From assembly GCA_900617105.1 (NCBI GenBank), contig UYFQ01000714.1, positions 1 to 58,616 of the forward strand: a stretch of DNA of 58,616 nucleotides, in the 5' to 3' direction. The stretch is from Hydrurus foetidus (Eukaryota). Of the stretch, positions 40,124-49,066 are shown in pieces (the first letter of the stretch is position 1; every line of letters starts with the position of its first letter). Below the pieces are notes generated by a model. It worked only from the letters and a program-made list of their open reading frames with translations, was not told the origin of the DNA and searched no databases. Both the position numbers and the translations under genes were made by a program.

Positions 40124-40331
40124 AAAGTACTTTTCTCGTTTACACAAGAACGATCAGACAAATCTCCAGTTCAGAATAAGACTCTTCAAGCCAGACGACG
40201 GTCGTAGTTTGCGAATCTGGCCAAACAAGAGCTGATACTGTTCGGGTGAGATTCAACTCCTTCAGTGACATTTCACGAAGCAAAAAATATTTGTACAAAA
40301 AATATCCTTCTCTTCTTCGAAGAAGAAATCC

Positions 40332-42059
40332 ATGTCGAAAGAAGTTCCTACTGTTCCGAAGAACTCGCCGAAGTTGGATCCTGGCAAGTCTACTACTAAA
40401 GATGAAACTCCAATCATTCGAAAGAATAACGACGATGCCGAATTCCGCGCCATGGTTACGCAATTCTGTCAGCAGAGTGTCAGAAATCAAGAATCCAACA
40501 GAGAAGACATCACAGAGTTGCGTGCAGCCATCGCTTCGTTATCAATGAAACCTGGCGATGAAAGTCCATACTCTCTTGGTGATATTGAGACACCTGTTGC
40601 GGATCGTTCGAAAAGCGACCGACGTTCCACCATTTTCTTTGGGCAATCATTGTCTCCAGATGATAAGCAAACCTCCTCCCAACAACCACGCATCCAGATA
40701 TTGCAAAATGATATCGTCTACGATAAGGAATTGAAAGTTTCCTCACTAGAAGGACTTCAATACCTTGCAAAACAGATGCAGCTACTAGCTTCAAAATATC
40801 CTGGTCGCGACATCAAGATGGCTCACATGGTAGCTTACAACTTAAGGCCTCATATCGTAGCCAACTGGAACTCCTTCCGTTTCCGACAGTCACAAGTGGA
40901 TGGTCGTGAGTATGAAGAAGTAATGGTTGAAGACTGGCTTTCCTTCACAAATCCATCTGTTCAACAGATTCTAATCGAAGCTGCGAGACCACGCACAAAG
41001 GAGTTGTATTCGCGGGAACTCATTCTATTCCTTGGCAAAGGAATTCCACAAAGCCCCGACATCAACACCGAGAATTTCTCGAAAATATTCTACGGCCCGC
41101 TCATGAGATCTCTCAATGATTTGCTCAGTCTGTACAACCTCCTATCTGAGGAGACATCTAAGCTCAGCAACAACGCTGCCAAAATGCCCGTTGGTACCTA
41201 TGGTACAAAAGATAGCCCTGGCCATATCTCACTCTGGATTATATCACTCGGAAGTCAAAAAGATTCAATCCTACAATGGCTAGGCAAAGATGATTTAAGC
41301 AAGCATAAAACGCTTGAGTCGGCTGTCAAGTTCGTCCGTTTCAAACTCATGGAAGGACGTTCCAACAGTGAAGCCCGGCAAGATTTTGATTCCCAATTAA
41401 CGCCTATGCGTTGGAATGAATTGCGTTCCACTCAAGGAGAGTCTCACAGCAGACATCAAATACCAGCCTTAAATCCATCTCATCAACGTGTTGCTGAGAT
41501 CTCGAAGACCCGTCATCATTTTCGTACCAACTTTTCAGCGCTTGCCTCCTCAACCGACACAAACATGGATCACCAAGACAATCATGATGATACTGGTTAT
41601 AACAAAATTGACGAAGACTATGATTATGACGACATAGAAGACTCTGACTACTCTGTCTACAACAGCCATCAGAATTCTACTGATTTAATTAATGAACGCA
41701 ATCCATCCTCCCCAGACGAACCTTCATTAGCTGTGCTCACTACCACCAATCCCTCACGTGCTGCTATTGCGGCTACTTTTCGTGGTTATTGCTGTGAGCT
41801 GTTTGTATTCGGAAAATGCTCCCAGTCAAAGAATTGCACGAACGATCATTCAACGGCAGCTCAGGAGCGTTGTCTGGCTTCCTTTAATCTGCTCAGCAGA
41901 CGAGAGATTGCTGCTCATGGTCAGCTACCACCATGGTCCCAAACCTCAAATACACAACCTCGTCCTGATTACCGCAAAGGGCTCACGACACATCAGAGTT
42001 CCAATAAATTCGAACCCTTACATGGGAAAACCTTCTACCCTCCAATGAAATCAAATTAG
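40332..42059 (+). CDS. gag: Gag-like protein with CCCH zinc finger
   Basis: 575-aa ORF directly after the 5' LTR; C-x7-C-x5-C-x3-H near the C-terminus. Confidence 0.85.
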   Translation: MSKEVPTVPKNSPKLDPGKSTTKDETPIIRKNNDDAEFRAMVTQFCQQSVRNQESNREDITELRAAIASLSMKPGDESPYSLGDIETPVADRSKSDRRSTIFFGQSLSPDDKQTSSQQPRIQILQNDIVYDKELKVSSLEGLQYLAKQMQLLASKYPGRDIKMAHMVAYNLRPHIVANWNSFRFRQSQVDGREYEEVMVEDWLSFTNPSVQQILIEAARPRTKELYSRELILFLGKGIPQSPDINTENFSKIFYGPLMRSLNDLLSLYNLLSEETSKLSNNAAKMPVGTYGTKDSPGHISLWIISLGSQKDSILQWLGKDDLSKHKTLESAVKFVRFKLMEGRSNSEARQDFDSQLTPMRWNELRSTQGESHSRHQIPALNPSHQRVAEISKTRHHFRTNFSALASSTDTNMDHQDNHDDTGYNKIDEDYDYDDIEDSDYSVYNSHQNSTDLINERNPSSPDEPSLAVLTTTNPSRAAIAATFRGYCCELFVFGKCSQSKNCTNDHSTAAQERCLASFNLLSRREIAAHGQLPPWSQTSNTQPRPDYRKGLTTHQSSNKFEPLHGKTFYPPMKSN

Positions 42060-45000
42060 GGAATTGCGAGGCCCTCATTGACTTCCCTACAGTCAGAGGA
42101 TCACCTCGCCCCTTCTTCCATAGTCTTTGATCCTGAAGCTATTCTCTCTCAAGCACTCCTCTCACAACTGGCTTCTAGTACGTCTGTACCCGCACAAGCT
42201 CTTTGTCAGCCTTTCATTCGCGCTGGTTCAGTGCAATCTAAGGACGGACTCAACCCATTCCATTTCGCTCGTGGTCTATTGGACACTGGCGCACAAGGCA
42301 GTAACTTTGTTTCCGGTACACTAGTTCTCAGCCTACCTAAATCGCATACGCTTGCTACTCGACCAACGGATCGCATTGTCCGCCTTGGTGATGCACGTCA
42401 CATTGCAGTTCAATCTGAAATCCAACTCCTGGTCTGTTTGACTGATTCCTCTGGCAACGATCACGCTCACATACTATGGTATAGTGTTCTTGAGGATCTC
42501 AGTCATGATCTTATCATTGGTCTCGTCGACCTTGTCGGACCTTTCTACGATGTATTCGCTGATGCGATAGCTTCTTCTCGAAAATCTGCAATCGGAGCTA
42601 TAGGAACTAATCTTCACGCTTTAACCGCCACAATCCGTGAATCCCTACCTTGTGCTCATCTTGGCAACACAATTCGCACAGCGCATAACCTTAGTTCCCA
42701 CAGTCGATCGTACGATCTCCGAAAGCGTGCCATCTGTACTAGCTCCAATACTGATATCTACGCTGTTGCTCTGCATGACGGTTCCAGCACTGATGTCCTT
42801 TCACACCCGCGGCATGGACTAGTGTATGCTGACAACCGCGTCGAACTACAGCACAATGCACTCTCATCATTACTGACTCAACCGTCATCAGGAGATATCC
42901 TACCACCTTGGTCGCAACCAATTGATCAAATTGCACTCGAAGAATCCGAGACGCCTGATCCAACAAGTTTCCCTGACGATATACTCATGCTTCTCACTGT
43001 CTCAAAAGATGAGGCTCGTCATGAATACAATAAAGATTTAGAGACTCACGTCATGCCAGAAATGAGTGCCGCTCATCCCAACATCTATCGCCTTCTCACG
43101 TCTGACCTGGCATATGATGTCTTTGTTCCTCAAACCTGGACAGGTATACATATGCCTCCATACCATCTGACCACAAAACCTGGTCTCCCTGAGTTCCTGA
43201 AAGCTCACACCCGCCCAATTCGCGATATGCTCTACCAACATGCCAAAGCAGAATTTGATCGGATGAAAACGTACTTCTACGTGAAATCAAATTCACCAAT
43301 CGCTTGCCCGTTAGTAGTTGCACCTAAAGCCACAGCACCATTCATCCGCTTGTGTGGTGACTACAGGCCTATCAACCCCTTCATATCCATTCCACAGGAA
43401 CCCATTCCACATGTACAGCAATCCTTAGCAAAAGCAGCCGGATGGAAAGTCTTTGTAGATCTTGACATGACAAACTCATTTCATCAAATCCCACTTGACG
43501 AAGCAAGTTCCAACCTTCTGTCTGTATCTACACCATGGGGTCTGTACCGTCCCCTCTTCCTTCCTGAAGGTGTAGGACCAGCATCAGGAATCCTCCAATC
43601 AATCGTCCGCCGAGTATTTATCGACTATGAAGACTGGATCATTGTCATCTTCGACAATTTTCTTATCCTCGCCTCTGACTACGCTGATGCAGCCAAGAAA
43701 CTTGACCTTGCTCTCCGACGTTGCCGCGAGCATGGACTAGTGCTCAAAATGAAGAAGTCTTGGATTGGTTCCACAAATGTAACATTTTTCGGCTATGACG
43801 TACATCCAGGAACCTGGAGCCTCTCTCAGTCTCGGAAAGATGCCATCAGTGCTCTTGTCTTTCCGACAACGCAAAAGCAAATGCAAAGCTTTCTAGGTGC
43901 TGCAAACTTTTTCCACACTCACATCCCCAACTATGCCTCATGGGCATCCGATTTATACGAGTGTACTGCAGTGTCTTTTGACTGGAAGTCTCTGACATGG
44001 CCAAAAGACTATCGCAACCTATTCGAAACATTCAAGACAGCAATCCAAGCTTCAGTCATACTACACTTCCCAGACTACAACCTTCCCTGGATCATCAGAT
44101 CCGACTCCTCCGACAACGCTGTGGGTGCTGTCCTCTTTCAAGAATTCACTGATTCATCCGGTACCATCATCCATCAGCCGATCACATTCGCATCTCATAA
44201 ATATTCCGGCGCCGCAGTAAACTGGGATACCTACAAAAAAGAAGCATACGCAATTTACTATGCCGTGTGTCAATTCGGGTATTACTTAACCGGCAAAACC
44301 TTTGTTGTAGAAACTGACCATCGCAATTTAGTATGGATGGAGACAAGCCTTGTTCCTATCATCATACGCTGGCGTGTCCTCCTTCAAAGCTACAGCTTTC
44401 AGATCAAACATATCCCTGGTAAAGAAAATGGTGTTGCCGACTGGATATCCCGTATGCATCCTCAATCGACACCATCTTCAACCCTATCGTCATCGGAGAA
44501 TACACTCAGTATTCAAGAAATGTTCGCATCTGTTCACGGTCATCGATCACTCCATCACGGAGCCAAACGAACTTACCTGACTCTTTGTCAACGTTATCCT
44601 GGACATGGCATCGCACTCCGCACCATCCAAGACCTTGTAGCTGAGTGTCCGATTTGCCAAAAGGATCGAATCCCTTTTGCCACTGTACCTTCTCCTTCAC
44701 TTACTGAAACAATCCTTCACCACGTTCGCGCCGTCGGTATGGATCATGTTACAGTTACACCTCCTGACGAAGATGGTTATATCGGATTGTTACTACTTGT
44801 AGAACATGACACAAAATTCCCCCGTGCTTATCCAGTACGCGACTACACTGCTCCTACTGTCGCAACTATTCTGTTCCAACATTACTGTACCTTCGGTGCT
44901 TATGATGCACTATACTCTGATCCTGGCAGTGCATTCACTGCAACAGTCGTCCAACAGCTCAACTCTTGGATTGGTATTCCCCATCGTATATCAGTTATTG

Positions 45001-45854
45001 GACGTCACGAATCTAACGGAACAGAACATGTAAATGGTATCTTCATGGGTCACTTACGCCGTCTAGTTCATGACGAACGACTCACTCATAAGTGGGCATC
45101 TGACACTATCTTACCTCTTATCAATCATGCACTAGCCACCACACCAAATTCCGAACTTGGCGGTCTCGCTCCAACAGAGCTGAAGTTCGGTACAATGGAT
45201 CATGCCCGCTTTCAACTACCACCGCCGCTTCCACCAGGTCATTCCTACGGTGAATACGTTAATCAACTAGACATAAATTTGTCAATAGTCCGTGCCATCA
45301 CAACACAATATCAACACGAATTGCGACAAAAACGTCAAGCATCCACAACAAATCAAAACATATATCAAAAAGGCGATCTCATATTGTGGAATCCAAAAGA
45401 ACATGACAAGGCGTTTCGGTCATCAAAACTTGCACCAAAACTATTAGGCCCATACACTGTAATCACACAAGACGGAAATAATATTACCTGCCTGCACACT
45501 CAGCTCAATACAGAACACGTCTTCCACACCGACCGCATTTCCCCCTACATCGGCACAATGAGATCAGCACAAAAGATTGGACTACTTGATCGAGAAGAAT
45601 ACATCGTCAAATCAATTGTCGCTCATCGTGGAAAATGGACTCACCTGAAATCAATTGAGCTCCTCGTCCACTGGCACGGCTACACCTCCGATTCCGATTC
45701 CTGGGAGCCTTGGACTTCGCTCCGACTTGTCAAGGCCCTCCACGAGTACCTACAAAAGATAGGGCATACAAATAAAATCCCACTCCCCTACCGACACGAT
45801 TACCTCCCTCAACAAGGTATCGATACTACTCCAAAAGCCCACAAGGGTGCTTGA
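42060..45854 (+). CDS. pol: Pol polyprotein (protease, RT, RNase H, integrase, chromodomain), in frame with gag after a single TAG
   Basis: LLDTGAQG; RLCGDYRPIN, DLDMTNSFHQI, IFDN; SDSSDNAVGAVL, ETDHRNL; HHCC and GMDH/YSDPG/NGTE; EYIVKSIVAH..VHWHGY..DSWEP. Confidence 0.96.
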   Translation, partial: GIARPSLTSLQSEDHLAPSSIVFDPEAILSQALLSQLASSTSVPAQALCQPFIRAGSVQSKDGLNPFHFARGLLDTGAQGSNFVSGTLVLSLPKSHTLATRPTDRIVRLGDARHIAVQSEIQLLVCLTDSSGNDHAHILWYSVLEDLSHDLIIGLVDLVGPFYDVFADAIASSRKSAIGAIGTNLHALTATIRESLPCAHLGNTIRTAHNLSSHSRSYDLRKRAICTSSNTDIYAVALHDGSSTDVLSHPRHGLVYADNRVELQHNALSSLLTQPSSGDILPPWSQPIDQIALEESETPDPTSFPDDILMLLTVSKDEARHEYNKDLETHVMPEMSAAHPNIYRLLTSDLAYDVFVPQTWTGIHMPPYHLTTKPGLPEFLKAHTRPIRDMLYQHAKAEFDRMKTYFYVKSNSPIACPLVVAPKATAPFIRLCGDYRPINPFISIPQEPIPHVQQSLAKAAGWKVFVDLDMTNSFHQIPLDEASSNLLSVSTPWGLYRPLFLPEGVGPASGILQSIVRRVFIDYEDWIIVIFDNFLILASDYADAAKKLDLALRRCREHGLVLKMKKSWIGSTNVTFFGYDVHPGTWSLSQSRKDAISALVFPTTQKQMQSFLGAANFFHTHIPNYASWASDLYECTAVSFDWKSLTWPKDYRNLFETFKTAIQASVILHFPDYNLPWIIRSDSSDNAVGAVLFQEFTDSSGTIIHQPITFASHKYSGAAVNWDTYKKEAYAIYYAVCQFGYYLTGKTFVVETDHRNLVWMETSLVPIIIRWRVLLQSYSFQIKHIPGKENGVADWISRMHPQSTPSSTLSSSENTLSIQEMFASVHGHRSLHHGAKRTYLTLCQRYPGHGIALRTIQDLVAECPICQKDRIPFATVPSPSLTETILHHVRAVGMDHVTVTPPDEDGYIGLLLLVEHDTKFPRAYPVRDYTAPTVATILFQHYCTFGAYDALYSDPGSAFTATVVQQLNSWIGIPHRISVIGRHESNGTEHVNGIFMGHLRRLVHDERLTHKWASDTILPLINHALATTPNSELGGLAPTELKFGTMDHARFQLPPPLPPGHSYGEYVNQLDINLSIVRAITTQYQHELRQKRQASTTNQNIYQKGDLILWNPKEHDKAFRSSKLAPKLLGPYTVITQDGNNITCLHTQLNTEHVFHTDRISPYIGTMRSAQKIGLLDREEYIVKSIVAHRGKWTHLKSIELLVHWHGYTSDSDSWEPWTSLRLVKALHEYLQKIGHTNKIPLPYRHDYLPQQGIDTTPKAHKGA

Positions 45855-45908
45855 ATATGGAAAGCCCAACACCTGAGGCGAACCCCTAATAGTAAGTCCT
45901 TGTTAGTT

Positions 45909-46580
45909 TTACACAACAACATTCTCATCAATTAAATCAAACGCAAAGCAATGTGATATACAATAAAATCGCTGCGCTACATTCAACACACTGAATAATT
46001 TAACGCCTCTGCAACCATTATCATACATATTGATCACACCATCACAAACAATTATACTCATAGCATGGTTTGGAAGTAGCATATTCTGCTTCTCCCATAC
46101 CTTAGCCTTCAACGTGTCACCCTGTGCTCTCTTGATTTGCTTCAATTTACTCGTATGAGTAGGCCCTGTGCTCCTTGAAGCTCCAAAAATAATGTATCTT
46201 CCATTCACAGTCAATTTCTTCTTCAACTGCTTTGGTCCGAATCTATTATTGAATTTGATCTCACGAAACTTATATGTCCAGTTTTCACCCCTAACACTTG
46301 CCACCTCGCAAACATGACGTAAGAAATCGCGAACTTCATCTCTACCACAACCATCTGGCAACACCGTAATGTTGTTGGCTGTCATGAATACATCCCTTGG
46401 ATCCTTGGCTCCATTAACCTACACCATTTACATATTATACATATCAGCAAATAACTCAAAATTATTCAATTCAACGATTTTTCGACTTACCGTCACCATC
46501 GCCTGCTGCTTCGCGTTCAGTGCTGACATGATCGCAAATAATACGCACATATTCTCGTCTAAACTCCACTTGAACTCCAT
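45909..46580 (-). pseudogene. Antisense accessory ORF of the chromovirus, putative papain-like cysteine peptidase fold, two in-frame stops
   Basis: MEFKWSLDENMCVLFAIMSAL... and MTANN...NHAMSIIV...MYDNG are in the same frame, separated by TAA (46430-46428) and TAG (46421-46419). Confidence 0.5.
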
Positions 46581-46872
46581 ATTGTACACACTCCACCGCA
46601 AGAATACGAAATTCGCCAAAAATTGTACGTAGTATCCCCAATAAATACGAAATTTTTCAAAAATCGTACGCAGTATCCACACTGAATACAAAAAATTTCT
46701 CCCGACACGTTTCACCGATCTTCTCACACGTTTCACCGATCGGCAATTATTGATTTTTTCTCCAAAACGGCAGAGACAAATAAAAAATCGAAGTTCGAAT
46801 AAATTGTGATTGATTACAGATTCTGAACCGCAATTAAAAACTACATCTGAATCCATCTCTCAAAACTCTCAC

Positions 46873-46926
46873 AACTTCAACTTCAACTTCAACTTCAACT
46901 TCAACTTCAACTTCAACTTCAACTTC
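46873..46926. repeat. (AACTTC)9 hexamer array in the retrotransposon 3' region
   Basis: Nine perfect units. Confidence 0.95.
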
Positions 46927-46984
46927 AACATGAAAACTAAAACATGATTCTAGGCAAATGAAGGTCCCCTGTTCATATTAAACT

Positions 46985-47053
46985 GGTTTCGGTGAAGCTA
47001 TCGAATCTTAATTTCACACTTTGAAGGTCGTGAGTTCGATTCTCACATATAAC
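46985..47053 (+). other. Degenerate tRNA-Val(CAC)-like sequence inside the retrotransposon
   Basis: ggtttcg start, ttCACac loop, aggtc variable region, perfect T-arm gtgag-ttcgatt-ctcac; D-arm and acceptor stem degenerate. Confidence 0.55.
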
Positions 47054-47217
47054 TACTGCTAAAATGAAACCGCCAGTAATATTTTTCTTACCTCATATCT
47101 AATTATGCTTCTACAGCGATACAACAATGTTTGCGAACTCACTGAGATGTAACAACATATTTTGTATTTATTCATTTTTAACTCCCATAGTCTCACATTT
47201 AACCGCGAAAGGGGTGG

Positions 47218-47619
47218 TGTTATAGCTTCCACTATTTCATAGTTTCCACTATATTGCATTCTCACACGTACGTTACATGTATGTACGTACATAGTACACA
47301 TTGCTTGCAGCCACAGGTTTTTCGGTACCAGCTTTTCGGTACCAGTTTTTGGTTTCTCGAATACTTCAACTTGCAACTCTTGTAGTCAGCTTCTTCGATA
47401 CACCTCTCACATCTTTAAATCTTTAAACAAAACACCAAACCCAAACCGGCTTCTTTTAGCCAAACATCCTGTCCAGCGACTCTCTTGTTGCTGAACGATC
47501 TGTGGCCGTTAGCCGCTCATCCTAGTTTGCAGTTCTCGCAAACTGATCAACAGCCCTTGCAGTTGATCCAAGAAACCCGTCCTCTCGTTTTAGCTTCTGT
47601 AAGCTACGTGGACAGCATA
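47218..47619 (+). repeat. 3' LTR
   Basis: Direct repeat of 39722-40123, preceded by the purine tract. Confidence 0.97.
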
Positions 47620-49066
47620 TGTTGATCAGGATGGCAATCCAAGACTAACTAGTGCAAAGAAGACGCTAGTGTGCAATTCGCTACAGCAAGTTGTATACTC
47701 AATCAAGCATGTTCTAACACCAGAGATAGTGAAGACTGGTTACAAGCGCATTGGACAACACCCCTTATCCTTTCTTACAACCATGGGACGCTGCACGAGA
47801 CCAATCTCTGCTCGGGATATGGCCACTATGCAAGAGGCTATACCGGATATGGTCGCCATATTTAGAGCTACTGGGAATCTAACCGAGGAACAGATGGATG
47901 CAGCAGGGATTCTAAGCGTGAACGATGAAGCATCCAATTCAAGACCCAAAGACGACCGTCCATTGCATCAGCAAAGGTCAGTTATCATGAATGCTGATGA
48001 CTGCGTCGCCAAGTATAGATCCTATCAGAGCTACAAAGCAGCAGAACCAGAACGAAGAGCTACCGCAATGCAGCAACGGCAAGCTGCAAAAGAGATTCGA
48101 GAGAAGAAAGCAGATGGAATTAAGGCTCGAAAGGATATCAAGGAGGCAGAAAAATTACGACGGTCCAACCTTACGCCAGAGGAGAGGAGAGCAGAGGATA
48201 AGATCAAGCGTGCAGCGAATAAGGAGGCCAAGCGAGTCGCTGCTGCTCAAAATGGAGTGCAGGAACTTCCTGAAAACGATCCTGACGGAGTAATCGATAG
48301 CGACGATGATGACAATTTATTTGACGAGCAAGAAATCGCTGAGATAAGTTCATTCTTGCCTGTTGCAAATATTTGATGTTCTGCGCCAGATGATTAACCC
48401 GTGTTCGAAATTATCCCGCGAGAGCGGATTAGCTTAACAAATTGCGTGGGAAGTTATCATGATTGTAGAGCAGTCCTCTGATTTTTTTGCCCATTTTGTT
48501 TTGTTCGTAGCCCTCATCCTCGCTTCATAATTGTCTGCTGAATTTTTGCTGTTGAGGACCGATCTGATCCCAAGATATTAAACAAAATAAATTCCAAATT
48601 CAGCTCGTTTCGTCCCGAAAATTCATCCGCAACTGAGGATGACGATGGCGAACTAGATTGCCAAGGGGCGTCCCGATTGGTTCAGAATCAGTTGTGTTGT
48701 GGTAGTAATTGTAGCTGCCGTGGTGAGAGTTGGGCAGGTTGAAAATATGTGCGGTGGGTTCAGGATAACGGTTGGGTTCAAGATTCCGCCACCGCTGGAA
48801 TCCCCCACTCAAAATAAAAAAAAGTCGAATCCGTCAAAATGTGAAATTCGACTTTTTTCATTCTGTGAAAATCACTGATCTCATTTTTATTTTCCCTGAG
48901 GGTTGAATTTTCCCTTCGCAACCACTTCGGGAGGGCATTTGAAAAGTTGAATATTCAAAAAGTAAAAAAGTCAAATAAAGAAAATCGCAACCACTCTATT
49001 CTGCTGGCATATGCTTGGCATAATTTAGCCCTCCGGGGATTTTGGATTATGCTAGCATTATGCCTG

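Larger units (their letters stand above)
39722..47619 (+). mobile_element. Full-length Ty3/Gypsy chromovirus LTR retrotransposon, very recent
   Basis: 402-bp LTRs with one visible mismatch, TSD TGTT (39718-39721, 47620-47623), purine tract gaaaggggtgg before the 3' LTR, gag and PR-RT-RH-IN-chromo pol. Confidence 0.97.
38516..48376 (+). pseudogene. pogo-like (DD39D) transposase split by the chromovirus: 38516-39721 + 47624-48376
   Basis: VFNWDATQ, FVVCDGEPSQ, SPASCSAITQASD. Removing 39722-47623 restores one open frame of about 652 aa (...GNRV|DQDGNPRL...). Confidence 0.88.
38168..48997 (+). mobile_element. pogo/DDE_1-like TIR transposon interrupted by an LTR retrotransposon
   Basis: Terminal IR agagtggttgcgattttc(g/t)ttatttgac; separate perfect 45-bp internal IR at 38254-38298 / 48754-48798; ATT at 38165-38167 and 48998-49000. 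Confidence 0.88.

Noticed and set aside
46985..47053. Functional tRNA gene
   Set aside because: D-arm and acceptor stem do not pair; kept only as a tRNA-like relic
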